Notes: generated by a model not told the origin, from the sequence alone. A stretch of 64,000 bases of DNA from an uncultured bacterium (GCA_900547945.1 URIT01000002.1:28503-92502); one strand, 5' to 3'. Numbered from the stretch's first letter, positions 33,079-42,534 are shown. Numbers and translations: made by a program.

Positions 33079-34617
33079 TCAGGTCTCCGAGAAGTCCTTC
33101 ACGAGGTCGCGGTGGAGCATCCGCTCGTAGAGCGCGATGTACTGGCGCGCGCAAATCTCGTGGTTGAAGCGCTTCAGGGATTCGTCCATGATGCGCGCGA
33201 TCTCGGTGGCGCGCACCTCGGCGGGACGGTTCCAGAACGCCATCGCCTGGTCCATCGCCCAGAAGAGCCCGTTCGAATCGTACGTGTCGAACACGAAGCC
33301 GTTGCCCGTGTGGGCATCGACGTCCAGGGGCTCGACCGTGTCGTGGAGGCCGCCCGTGTTGTGGACGACCGCGAGGGAGCCGTAGATCGGCGCCTGCATC
33401 TGCGGAAGGCCGCAGGGTTCGAAGAGGGACGGCATGAGCATGAAGTCCGACCCGGCGAACCCGAGCTGCGAGAGGCGCCCGTCGAAGTCCCGCACGCCGA
33501 GGCGGCGTTCGATGCCGTGGAAGGAGCGGATGTCCCAGAACGGCTTCTGGAAGGCGCCGTTCGCGATGATCGCGATCTGCGCGCCCTTGCTCCAGTGCTT
33601 GTCGAGGAAGCGGTAGCAGATGTCGGCGAGCAGCTGGGGGCCCTTCTGGACGGGATCGAGGCGCGAGGGCCAGAAGAAGAGCGGCGCGTCGGGGTTGACC
33701 TCCAGGCCGAGGGCGCGCTGGAGTTCCATCTTGTTCTTCCGCTTCGCCTCCGCGTGGTCCGCCGGACCGTAGCGGAACGGGATCTTGTCGTCCGTCGCCG
33801 GGTTGTCCGCCGGGTCGGGCGCGTTCAGGATGCCCGTCGCGCAGCCGGCGTTGTACTTGTTGCGGATCTCGTTGCGGATCGAGTCGGGAATGAAGGAATG
33901 CCAGCCGTTCACGATCTCCTTGAGGAAGGTCGGCGAGACGGTGTTGATGAAGTGCGCGGCGAAGATGCCCGAGGCCTGCAGGTCGATGGGATCGGTGTCG
34001 TGCGCGCTGAAGTAGTCGGCCGGCGGATACTCGTAGTAGAGGTTGCCCCAGAACTCGGCCGCGTCGATGCCGGCGTCCTCCACCTGCGCGAGTGTGAGCT
34101 TGTGCGTGTGGATGTTGTGGACGGTGAAGAGGCAGGGGATGCCCATGCGGCGCGAGGCGGCGGGGATGAGGCCCGTCATCCAGTCGTTGCAGTGGATGAG
34201 ATCCGGCTGCACCTCGGGGATGATGTGGTTGATCACCTCGCGCTGGAAGGCGAGCGAGAGGCGGGGGTTCGCGCCGCTCTGCGAATAGACGCGGTCACGG
34301 TAGTAGAAGCAGCGGTCCTCGGCGAGGTGGATGTGTTCGTCGGGCATGCGGCTCTTGTAGACGCGCAGCTCCGAGTCGACGAGCTGGGCCGTCTCCTCGT
34401 GGAACATACGCCGGTAGTGCGGCAGGGCCACATGGACGTCCGCGCCCAGGTCGAAGAGGGCTGCGACGAGCGAGGCGGAGACGTCGGCCATGCCGCCCGC
34501 CTTCGCGCTCATCTTGCCCGCGAGGTTGCCCATGCCCTCCGGAAGATACGTGATCTCCGGCGTGACGATGAGAATGCGGGGATTCGTCCCCTTCTGGCCC
34601 TGACGACGCACTGCCAT
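33079..34617 (-). CDS. glgA: Glycogen/starch synthase (GT5, GlgA-like)
   Basis: ILIVTPEI...AGGMADVSASL, HCNDWMTGLIP, PSLFEPCGLPQM, VHNTGGLHDTV. Confidence 0.85.
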   Translation of the reverse strand: MAVRRQGQKGTNPRILIVTPEITYLPEGMGNLAGKMSAKAGGMADVSASLVAALFDLGADVHVALPHYRRMFHEETAQLVDSELRVYKSRMPDEHIHLAEDRCFYYRDRVYSQSGANPRLSLAFQREVINHIIPEVQPDLIHCNDWMTGLIPAASRRMGIPCLFTVHNIHTHKLTLAQVEDAGIDAAEFWGNLYYEYPPADYFSAHDTDPIDLQASGIFAAHFINTVSPTFLKEIVNGWHSFIPDSIRNEIRNKYNAGCATGILNAPDPADNPATDDKIPFRYGPADHAEAKRKNKMELQRALGLEVNPDAPLFFWPSRLDPVQKGPQLLADICYRFLDKHWSKGAQIAIIANGAFQKPFWDIRSFHGIERRLGVRDFDGRLSQLGFAGSDFMLMPSLFEPCGLPQMQAPIYGSLAVVHNTGGLHDTVEPLDVDAHTGNGFVFDTYDSNGLFWAMDQAMAFWNRPAEVRATEIARIMDESLKRFNHEICARQYIALYERMLHRDLVKDFSET

Positions 34618-34653
34618 GATCCGCCTCCTTTGCTTTTCCCCTACGCTTCCCCC

Positions 34654-35856
34654 TTACGCTTCGGCCCCCCAGAGTCCGTCCAGGGCGTCGCCCATCATCT
34701 CGACCGCCTCCTCGATGTGCGCCTCGCTCATCGAGAGGGTGGGGAGGAAGCGCACCACGTTGCCGTGCGCCGTGAGGGCGAGCACGTTGAAGTCGCGGAA
34801 CGCATCGACGACGGCCTTCGGGTCGCCGTCCACGACCATGCCGAGCATGAGGCCGAGCCCGCGCACGTCGAGCACCTGGTCGTACTTTTCGGCGAACGCC
34901 TGGAGGGCGGCCCGCAGCATCTCGCCCTTGGCGGCGGCGGCGGCGAGCAGCCCCTCGTCCTCGATGATCTTGATCGTGGCGAGCGCGGCCGCGCAGGAAA
35001 GCGGATTGCCGCCGAACGTGGAGGCGTGGCTACCGGGCTGGAAGACGTCCGCGAACTTCGCGTTGGAGACGAGCGCGCCCATCGGCACGCCGTCCGCGAG
35101 CGACTTCGCGCAGGTGAAGAGGTCCGGCTGCACGTCGAAGTTCTGCCAGCCCCACCATGTGCCCGTGCGGCCCATGCCGCACTGCACCTCGTCGCAGATC
35201 ATGATCAGGTCCTTCTCGTCGCAGAGCGCGCGGATGCCGGCCATGAACTCCGGCGTCGCGGGCGTCACGCCGCCCTCGCCCTGCACGGCCTCCAGCATGA
35301 TCGCGACGGTCTTCTCCGAGATCGCCGCCTTGACGGATTCGAGGTCGTTGAAGTCGGCGTAGGCGAAGCCGACGGGCAGCGGCTCGAAGCCGGCCTGGCA
35401 CCAGTCCTGCCCCGTCGCCGCGAGCGTTGCGAGCGTGCGGCCGTGGAAGCCGTTGCGCATCGTCACGACCTCGTAGCGCCCGCCGTTCGCGGCGCCCCAC
35501 TTGCGCGCGAGCTTGATCGCCGCCTCGTTCGCCTCGGCGCCCGAGTTGCAGAAAAACACCTTGCCGCCGAGGCCCGAGATCTCGACAAGCTTCTTCGCGA
35601 GCTTCACCTGCGGCTCGTTGACGAAGAGGTTCGAGCAGTGGCCCAGCGTCGCGGCCTGCTCCTGGATGGCCTTCACGACGCCTTCCGTGCAGTGGCCGAC
35701 GTTGTGGCAGCTGATGCCGCTCGTGAAATCGTAGTACTGCGCCCCCTCGGGGTTGTAGACGCGCGACCCCTTGGCCTTCGAGATGACGAGGCCCGGCGCA
35801 TACGTCGGCATCAGGTATTTCTGGTAGTCTTCAATGATCTCAGTGCTCTTGCTCAT
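34654..35856 (-). CDS. argD: Acetylornithine aminotransferase (class III PLP aminotransferase)
   Basis: FFCNSGAEANEAAIKLAR, DEVQCGMGRTG, TFGGNPL. Start at MSKSTEIIEDYQKYLMPTY (ATG 35854-35856). Confidence 0.9.
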   Translation of the reverse strand: MSKSTEIIEDYQKYLMPTYAPGLVISKAKGSRVYNPEGAQYYDFTSGISCHNVGHCTEGVVKAIQEQAATLGHCSNLFVNEPQVKLAKKLVEISGLGGKVFFCNSGAEANEAAIKLARKWGAANGGRYEVVTMRNGFHGRTLATLAATGQDWCQAGFEPLPVGFAYADFNDLESVKAAISEKTVAIMLEAVQGEGGVTPATPEFMAGIRALCDEKDLIMICDEVQCGMGRTGTWWGWQNFDVQPDLFTCAKSLADGVPMGALVSNAKFADVFQPGSHASTFGGNPLSCAAALATIKIIEDEGLLAAAAAKGEMLRAALQAFAEKYDQVLDVRGLGLMLGMVVDGDPKAVVDAFRDFNVLALTAHGNVVRFLPTLSMSEAHIEEAVEMMGDALDGLWGAEA

Positions 35857-36709
35857 CGGTGATCTCCGTTCCCACACCCTCGCGGGTGAATATTTCCAAC
35901 AACAGCGAATGAGGCATGCGCCCGTCCACGAGCTGCACCTTGTGTACGCCCGCGCGGATCGCGTCCTCGCAACCTTCGATCTTCGGCAGCATGCCGCCGG
36001 CGATCACGCCCTCGTCCTTCAGCCGCGCGACGTCCGAAAGGCGGAGCGTCGTCATCAGCGTCGTCGGGTCGGACGGATCCCGGAGCAGCCCCGGGACGTC
36101 CGAAACGACGACGAACTTCTCGACCTTCAGCGCCTTCGCGAGGGCGGCGGCGGCGCTGTCGGCATTGACATTGTAGAGATGGCCGTCGCGCCCCGTGCCG
36201 AGCGGCGTGACGACGGGGACGATCCCCGCGTCCAGCATCTCCAGCGCGGCGCGCGTGTCCACGGCGACGGGCTCGCCCACGAACCCGCAGTCCGGGATCG
36301 TGATCTTCTCGGCCGTGAACATCCAGTTCCCGTGCAGGGGGCGGGCGTTCGTCTTGAACGCCTGCAGTCTTCTGACGAGGTCCGCGTTGACGACGTTGTT
36401 CAAGGTGCGGCGCACGATTTCCATCGTCGGCTCGTCCGTCACGCGCAGCCCGTCGACGAACGTCGCCTCGTGGCCGCTCTCCCGGAGCGCCCGCGAAATC
36501 GCCTTCCCGCCGCCGTGGACGAGCACGACGCGCATGCCCACCGCGTCCATGAACGCGATGTCGGCGAGGAGGGAGACGAGGTTGGCCTCGCTCTCCATCA
36601 CGCTGCCACCCACCTTCACGAGCACGGTCGAGCCGCAGAAGTCCTGAATGTAGGGCAACGCCTCCGTCAGAACGGCGGCCTTGTGCATTGCCAAGTCGAG
36701 TTTTTCCAT
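35840..36709 (-). CDS. argB: Acetylglutamate kinase
   Basis: VLVKVGGS, VVLVHGGG, NVNADSAAAALA, GGMLPKI. Confidence 0.93.
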   Translation of the reverse strand: MEKLDLAMHKAAVLTEALPYIQDFCGSTVLVKVGGSVMESEANLVSLLADIAFMDAVGMRVVLVHGGGKAISRALRESGHEATFVDGLRVTDEPTMEIVRRTLNNVVNADLVRRLQAFKTNARPLHGNWMFTAEKITIPDCGFVGEPVAVDTRAALEMLDAGIVPVVTPLGTGRDGHLYNVNADSAAAALAKALKVEKFVVVSDVPGLLRDPSDPTTLMTTLRLSDVARLKDEGVIAGGMLPKIEGCEDAIRAGVHKVQLVDGRMPHSLLLEIFTREGVGTEITDEQEH

Positions 36710-36764
36710 TGGATTGGGAAGTATACCACAAACTCGCCGCAGTGACCAGCGCGCCGCCCGCCGG

Positions 36765-37757
36765 TCAGCGCAGGAGCGCCGCCTCGGCCCGGGCCGCCGC
36801 CAGCACCTCGTCCAGCGTCACCGCCGCACCGCCGCGCGCCTTGGACTGCGCGGCCGCCTCCAGGAAGGCGTAGATCTCCAGCGTCTCCTCCGGCGGAATC
36901 GGCACGACGCCCGTCCTGAAGAACTTCAGGATCTCCACCAGCAGCGGTTTGTAGCCCGCGTAGGTGCCCATGTCGACGACGCCGTAGTATTCGGTGAAGA
37001 TCGTCCCGCCGTACCCCGCGCCCTTCTTCTTGTAGTTGAGCCCCCGCAGAACGCCCAGTCGGCCGTCCTTCCAGGTGCCGACCATCACGTCCTCGGTCTC
37101 CGTGCCCGTGCAGCGCACCTCCCGGCACCCCGTCCCCATGATCGTGAACAGCGGCTCCGCGCCGTGGATCGCGTACCAGAAGAACGCGCTCTGGGTGGGT
37201 TCGAACTGCTCGGGCGTCCAGCAGTTCGCGCCCCGGATCGGCCCCAGCTCGCCCTTGTTGGCCTTCTGCGCGTTCTTCACGTAGCGGAGGGAGGACGAGC
37301 AGAACCACTTCGCGCCCATCTTCTTCGCCGTGTCCACAAGCCGCACCGCGTCGGCGAGGCTCGCCGTCACGGGCTTGTCGATGAAGACGGGCTTCCCGCT
37401 CCTGAACACCTCGGTGGCCTGGGCGAGGTGCGGGCGCCCGTCGCACGTCTCCAGCAGCACCACGTCCGCCTCGGCCAGCAGGTCCGCGATCGTCGGCGCC
37501 ATCCGCACGCCCATCCCCTCCAGCTGCGCGATGTACTTCGGGTAGCGGTTCGTCGAGCTGAAGATGTCCCGCGACCCCCACTTGTGGGCCACCGTCACCC
37601 TGAAACCCGCGCAGTCCGGATCGTTCTTCGTGTTCAACATCTCGGTGAATGCAATCGCGTGCGAAGTGTCGCATCCGATGATGCCCACTTTCACAACCTC
37701 TTCTCCCCACGTGGCCGCCGCCGTCAGCGCAACGGCCCACATCATCGTCTTCATCAT
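36765..37757 (-). CDS. Secreted Gfo/Idh/MocA-family oxidoreductase
   Basis: Signal peptide, then VKVGIIGCDTSHA (Rossmann N-terminus) and KPVFIDKPV. Confidence 0.85.
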   Translation of the reverse strand: MMKTMMWAVALTAAATWGEEVVKVGIIGCDTSHAIAFTEMLNTKNDPDCAGFRVTVAHKWGSRDIFSSTNRYPKYIAQLEGMGVRMAPTIADLLAEADVVLLETCDGRPHLAQATEVFRSGKPVFIDKPVTASLADAVRLVDTAKKMGAKWFCSSSLRYVKNAQKANKGELGPIRGANCWTPEQFEPTQSAFFWYAIHGAEPLFTIMGTGCREVRCTGTETEDVMVGTWKDGRLGVLRGLNYKKKGAGYGGTIFTEYYGVVDMGTYAGYKPLLVEILKFFRTGVVPIPPEETLEIYAFLEAAAQSKARGGAAVTLDEVLAAARAEAALLR

Positions 37758-37785
37758 TGTCGGCTGCTCCTTCCGGGAAAGGAAC

Positions 37786-37860
37786 TGGAGCCGGCAGAGG
37801 GATTCGAACCCCCGACCAGCGGTTTACAAAACCGCTGCGCTACCACTACGCTATACCGGC
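37786..37860 (-). tRNA. tRNA-Thr (anticodon TGT), CCA encoded
   Basis: Reverse complement GCCGGTATAGCGTAGTGGTAGCGCAGCGGTTTTGTAAACCGCTGGTCGGGGGTTCGAATCCCTCTGCCGGCTCCA folds as a cloverleaf: 7-bp acceptor stem, anticodon stem GCGGT/ACCGC with loop TTTGTAA, T-loop TTCGAAT. Confidence 0.93.
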
Positions 37861-38030
37861 CCAAAAGGAAAACAGACCGATTGTATCACATTCCAGAGGG
37901 GGTATCAAGGAGAGAAAACGCGCTTGGAGGCCGCGATTGATCCCGCCGCGCCCCTCATGGCGTCGCGCTTCTCGTCTGGCGTCGTGTCGCGGATTCCTGC
38001 GCGTGGCGTCTTCATGGCGCAATTTCTATT

Positions 38031-38657
38031 TTATTTTCCATTGGCAGGATAGCCGATGGGATGATTGAGATGGATGGCCGTCCTGCCGCCGAGCTTCAGG
38101 GACTTCTTGAGTTTTTCGCGGTCCATCGTCGCGCGGCAGACCGTGGCGAGGCCGTTTGCCGCGCAGTAGAGGTAGATGTTGCCCGAAACAATCCCGGCAT
38201 CGTAATTGGAAAGAGCGCTTCTCGCACCCGTGTAGATCGGGTCGCTCAAATCCGCCGTGATGAGGAGCGAGACGGGGGCGGTCGCCGCGAAGGGCTGCTG
38301 TGCGGCGATCGCGGGACGCAAATCCCCGTCGCACACCCTGACGAGGGCATTTGCCTTGGCGTCGTAGCGGTATGCGCCGGACTTCATAATGGCATAGACA
38401 ATGATGGTCTGCTTGTTCAGCCCCGTGGCGTTGGTTCGCTTGTTGGGGCGGTTGAAGCCGTTAGCCGCCCAGAGGACACCCGACAGCGTCTCCAGGGGGA
38501 TGTCCCGATCCGAGAAAGTCCGCTCGGAATGCCGCGCCTTGAGCGCCTGCACGACCGTCACGCCTGAATCGTTGTCGGGCGCGGGGAGCTTGATCGTCTC
38601 TGCGCCAAGAACGCCTGTTGCGGCGAGTCCAAGAACAATTGCCATCATCGACTTCAT
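38031..38657 (-). CDS. Secreted nitroreductase-family protein
   Basis: Signal peptide. ...RHSERTFSDRDIPLETLSGVLWAANG... and C-terminal GYP are typical of the nitroreductase fold. Confidence 0.8.
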   Translation of the reverse strand: MKSMMAIVLGLAATGVLGAETIKLPAPDNDSGVTVVQALKARHSERTFSDRDIPLETLSGVLWAANGFNRPNKRTNATGLNKQTIIVYAIMKSGAYRYDAKANALVRVCDGDLRPAIAAQQPFAATAPVSLLITADLSDPIYTGARSALSNYDAGIVSGNIYLYCAANGLATVCRATMDREKLKKSLKLGGRTAIHLNHPIGYPANGK

Positions 38658-39043
38658 TTCGGTTCTCCTTTCAGTAGTTCAAATCTCTTCATCGTCTTCC
38701 CTGCCCGCTCGATGCTCTCGAAGAACATCCTGGCCGGGCGCACCCACAGTCCACCTTCGCCATAGAGGGCGCGGTACACGACCATCTCCTCCAGCGTCTC
38801 GGAGTCCTTGGCAAAACCCTCAAGGCGGTAGTGTCCACCCTTGAAGTGTACGAACTCGCGGCCTATGAGATTATTGCGGTCTTCTGTCACGGCTTCCGCC
38901 TCCTGTTCTCGCGTTTCAGCTTGTCCTTGGGCGTCGGCGGCTTCATCCCCGCCTTCGCCCGTTGCTGCTTCTGCAGTGCGGTCAGTCGCCTTGTTTTTAC
39001 CAGTCCCATATGCAAATCCCTCCTTGTTCAGACTTCCACCCAC
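38654..39043 (-). CDS. DUF1653-domain protein (start uncertain; conserved core only from about 38890)
   Basis: Core FVHFKGGHYRLEGFAKDSETLEEMVVYRALYGEGGLWVRPARMFFE matches the DUF1653 pattern. The N-terminal 50 aa of the GTG-started ORF are acidic low complexity. An alternative GTG at 38888-38890 would give 78 aa. Confidence 0.7.
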   Translation of the reverse strand: MGGSLNKEGFAYGTGKNKATDRTAEAATGEGGDEAADAQGQAETREQEAEAVTEDRNNLIGREFVHFKGGHYRLEGFAKDSETLEEMVVYRALYGEGGLWVRPARMFFESIERAGKTMKRFELLKGEPK

Positions 39044-39255
39044 GTTGGCTCGTAGGCGATTTCGTAGCGTTCGTCGGAGACCAGCTTCGGCGGCTGTGCA
39101 AGCCGCGCATACGCGGCGGACGGCGCGACGAAGATGCCGCGAACGTCCGTATCGCTGTTCGCGTCCTGCGTTCCGTATGCCCGGCTCCCGACGATGCCCC
39201 TGAACAGCACAACCGGATTGTCCGCGATTTCAAGACTGTCTATCGAGCATGCCAT
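39028..39255 (-). pseudogene. Truncated N-terminal fragment of an RlaP-like (PF10127-type) nucleotidyltransferase
   Basis: MACSIDSLEIADNPVVLFRGIVGSRAYGTQDANSDTDVRGIFVAP matches the GS-x-AYG...SD-x-D-x-RG nucleotidyltransferase N-terminus, but the ORF stops after about 75 aa and overlaps both neighbours. Confidence 0.55.
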
Positions 39256-39262
39256 TGTCGTC

Positions 39263-40984
39263 TCATGTCGTTGCAAGGTATGAAAGGATTGAGCGGCGGA
39301 ACGCGCTCTCCCGTGAGGTGGCCGCGCGGTGCTTGAAGAGGTCGGACGGCGTGCCGCGCTCGCTGAGGCACATGTTGCTCGTCCGCCGCACGGGCAGATA
39401 CTCTATCCACGGAACGGGCACCTTGTGCCACCTGCCGTCCCCGCCGTACACCTCTTCATAATCAACCCGCTCCACCCCGCGATAACCGTGCGCGGTGACG
39501 GCGATCGTGCTTTCGCCGCCCTCCCGCCGGACCACGCGCGTCTTGAGGATGCTGCGGGTGATGCAGCTCGGATGCGCGAACTTGTCCTCGCCGTGGTAGT
39601 TGGCGAGGGCCTCATGCTCCCAAAACGAGGACGCCTCGCGCCCGAGAACGTCTTTCCAGATGTCCTCGTGCGGCCGCATCTGCTGGTAGAGCGGAATCGC
39701 AAGAAGCGGCGCCAACGCGAAGTAGGCGTCCTTGAAGTAGCGCTCGTTGAACTGAACGAAGAAGGCGAACGCCGCATCGTAGTCCCAGTTGTGGAAACGC
39801 GATGGATCGGTGTCGATGGTCGCCGCGTTAAGGTGCTGCGAGAAGAGCACGTTGACCTTCTTCTGCTTGATGAACGTGAAATCGTCTCCGTAGCCGACCG
39901 TCGTGTCCTTCATCAGATTCAGCATCTGCGCCTGCGCGACCGGCGTGAAGAGCAGACGGAACTCGACCTCGTGGTCGCGGTCCTTTGCGTGGAACCACGT
40001 CTCAAACTCGTGGTTCCCCATCAGCGTGAAGTTTGAGTCGTCGTCGAGATTGCGCGAATACGCCTTCAGCCGGCTCAAGCGCCATTTCTTGCGGATCGCG
40101 CTCCAGAGCCCTCCGTCCTTTCCGGTCAGGCCGGACGGCTGGCGCGAAAACGAAAGATTGGGCGCGGCGTCGTTCCCGTAGATGAGGAGCTTCTGCTCGT
40201 CGTAGACGGGCATCGGCTTGGTGACATGGGCGTAGAGCGTCTCGTACCGCCTGACGCGGCGCCGCTTCCCGTCGGCATCCTCTTCCCACTCCGTCCACGA
40301 GATCTCCTTCGAGCCCTCGTAGGTCTTCTCGCCCCACGCCATGTCGAGGTAGTGCCCGAACACGAAGGGGTTCCCGTTGATCTCCCCGGACTGCGCAAAG
40401 ATGATGGACTTGCCGTCGTTGAAGGAATCGTCCCAGCCAAACTGCCGATGCAAGGACGCGAGCCTGTCTGCGGTGAAATACGGGTCGAACGCCAGACGGG
40501 GCACGGTCGCCTCGATCAACTTGACGGTGACGTCCCACGTGTAGAGCCGGTTCAGCGGCTCCATCTGCTTCCATGCGGTTTCCGTCTTCGCGGCGATCTG
40601 CGCCTGGAGGCCGGCGAGCCGTTTCGCCACTGCGCCGTAGAGGGGGATCAGGACGATTCCCAGAACCAATCCCGCCACTATGCCGAGGATGCACAGGCCC
40701 TGCGTCTCGGAGTCCGTGCCGTTCGTGGCCACCGCGCCGATGAGCGCAGCCGCCGCCCCGACGAAACCGACGGCCATCAGGCACCCGTAGCACGTCTTCT
40801 TCGTGCTTGCGGAACCGGCCTCGCCCTGCAGTCTCCTGATCTGGGCCACGAGCGCGCGGTTCGCACGGGTGTCAACGCCGGAGCGCTGCGTCAGCTCCCT
40901 GAACTTCGCGCGCGCCAGCATGGCGAACGTCCTGCGGAATTCGTCACGGTAGCGCGCCAGAGGCTCATAGACGTCCGCGATCAA
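39263..40984 (-). CDS. Large membrane protein partnered with LemA (central region DUF3137-like)
   Basis: Two TM helices (CLMAVGFVGAAAALIGAV; GLCILGIVAGLVLGIVLIPLYG). NHEFETWFHAKDRDHEVEFRLLFTPVAQAQMLNL resembles the DUF3137 signature. A TTG at 40982-40984 overlaps the LemA stop (TTGA). The first ATG is 23 codons in. Confidence 0.65.
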   Translation of the reverse strand: MIADVYEPLARYRDEFRRTFAMLARAKFRELTQRSGVDTRANRALVAQIRRLQGEAGSASTKKTCYGCLMAVGFVGAAAALIGAVATNGTDSETQGLCILGIVAGLVLGIVLIPLYGAVAKRLAGLQAQIAAKTETAWKQMEPLNRLYTWDVTVKLIEATVPRLAFDPYFTADRLASLHRQFGWDDSFNDGKSIIFAQSGEINGNPFVFGHYLDMAWGEKTYEGSKEISWTEWEEDADGKRRRVRRYETLYAHVTKPMPVYDEQKLLIYGNDAAPNLSFSRQPSGLTGKDGGLWSAIRKKWRLSRLKAYSRNLDDDSNFTLMGNHEFETWFHAKDRDHEVEFRLLFTPVAQAQMLNLMKDTTVGYGDDFTFIKQKKVNVLFSQHLNAATIDTDPSRFHNWDYDAAFAFFVQFNERYFKDAYFALAPLLAIPLYQQMRPHEDIWKDVLGREASSFWEHEALANYHGEDKFAHPSCITRSILKTRVVRREGGESTIAVTAHGYRGVERVDYEEVYGGDGRWHKVPVPWIEYLPVRRTSNMCLSERGTPSDLFKHRAATSRESAFRRSILSYLATT

Positions 40985-41643
40985 AAGAAGGTTCCCCTCG
41001 CCTGGGCCTTGACCTCGGACGACGCGGAAAACGGGATGCGCGTCGTGTAGCCGGCGCGCGCCGCGACGATCTGCTTCGTCGGCCAGTCGAAGATATCGGC
41101 ATTCCACTGCATGACGGAGTCGTTGTACAGCTGGCGCGCAGCGGTGATCTCCTTCTGGAGATAGCTGTTCTGCTGGATGGCATCCGCGATCGCGGCGTGC
41201 GCCTTGAGGTCGGGGTACGCCTCGACCTGCGGGAAGAGACGCCCGAAGCAGCCGTCGATCTGGCTGGCGACGGCGTTGCGCTCGCCGTCGGGCAGCCTTC
41301 CGCCACGGAACGCGGCGACGGCCTTCATGACGTCCTTGTCGAGGTCGACGGCCTGTTCGACGAGCTTGGCGAGGTTCTTCAGGATCTGGACCCGCTGTTC
41401 CAGGTAGTTATCGATCGTCGAGGCGTCCGCCTGGATCTTCTGCTGGAGCTTTTGGAAGTAGTTCTGGGCGCCGATCTTCATGAAGAGGAAGATCAGCCCC
41501 GGAAGGACGCCGAGGCACCACAGCACGATCTCGAACAGGACCGAGCCCCAGCCGACTCGGATCGGGAGCTGCCTCTCGATCACGTTCACGTCTCTCCCGG
41601 CGCCGTTGACGGGGCCGGTCCGTTCGTCCAGTTCATTTGCCAT
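40981..41643 (-). CDS. lemA: LemA-family membrane protein
   Basis: One TM helix, then LQQKIQADASTIDNYLEQRVQILKNLAKLVE...AYPDLKAHAAIADAIQQNSYLQKEITAARQLYNDSVMQWN. ATG at 41641-41643 is preceded by AAGGA. Confidence 0.88.
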   Translation of the reverse strand: MANELDERTGPVNGAGRDVNVIERQLPIRVGWGSVLFEIVLWCLGVLPGLIFLFMKIGAQNYFQKLQQKIQADASTIDNYLEQRVQILKNLAKLVEQAVDLDKDVMKAVAAFRGGRLPDGERNAVASQIDGCFGRLFPQVEAYPDLKAHAAIADAIQQNSYLQKEITAARQLYNDSVMQWNADIFDWPTKQIVAARAGYTTRIPFSASSEVKAQARGTFF

Positions 41644-41864
41644 TGCTTGTGTTCCTTTTTTGTGTTGAGAAATTCCTTCTCCCATGGCCGCCGTCGTTTC
41701 AGGCGCGCCACGACATCGATCCTGGCGGTATCCTTGAGCGTCTTGACATGGCGCGAAATTGAACATGCCGGGAGACCCTGCGTTCTCCGCGCGCTTGGCG
41801 GAGAGGACAATGCCTCACGCGGAGGCACGGTTTTTTCGGACAGTATTTACAGGGCTCACAGGAT

Positions 41865-42470
41865 TTGCGCGTTGCAGACAACAAAGAAAACCACAAACAA
41901 CATGGGCAGTATACCAAAAGGCAGGACGCGGGGGAACACCTCGCAGACCGCCAGCGCGAAATCCTCGGGACCGCCTGGAACCAGTACGTGAACCGGTGCG
42001 CCCGGATATCGCTGCGGCACTTCGCGAGAGTCCACAGCATCCCGTTCGCGACATGGCAGCGCGAGTTCAGGCGCGGGGCGGCCTCGCCCATCGTCAGGCG
42101 GGGGAACCGCTGGACCTACCCCGAGTACGACATGGACAAGGCAAGGGCCTCCATAAACGAGGGCAAGGGCTACATGGACGCCCCGATGAAGCTTGCGGTG
42201 GCATGACGGCCATCCTCTTCAGGCACGCGGTACTGGGCCTCAGCCCCCCCCCCGTACGACGCGAGGATGATGGTCAAGGAGGCCATGCCAGACAGGGACG
42301 TGCCCTACCACACGGGGGCCTACGCCTCCTACGGAAAAGGCGCCGTCGAGAACTGAAACCGCCTCGTCAGGAGATGGTACCCGAAGGGAACCGACTTCAA
42401 CCGGCTCACAAGGCGCCAGATCCGGCAGCTTGAGGACTGGATTAACTCAATCCACAGGGAACGGCACGTG
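41865..42470 (+). pseudogene. IS30-family transposase remnant (internal deletion plus two in-frame stops)
   Basis: N-terminal HTH-like ...ISLRHFARVHSIPFATWQREFRRG... and C-terminal ...AYASYGKGAVEN*NRLVRRWYPKGTDFNRLTRRQIRQLEDWINS lie in one frame, interrupted by stops at 42204-42206 and 42354-42356. Most of the DDE core is missing. Confidence 0.7.
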
Positions 42471-42534
42471 CCGCCCTTCAAGCCGGGCCCGCCGCCCGAT
42501 CGGCCTGGGTGCGGCCGCCTACGGCGCGGCGGGT

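Noticed and set aside
37786-37860. tRNA-Thr as the attachment site of the accessory region to its right
   Set aside because: The tRNA is on the minus strand, so its 3' end faces the core genes on the left, not the accessory genes. No direct repeat of the tRNA 3' end and no integrase were seen in the window.
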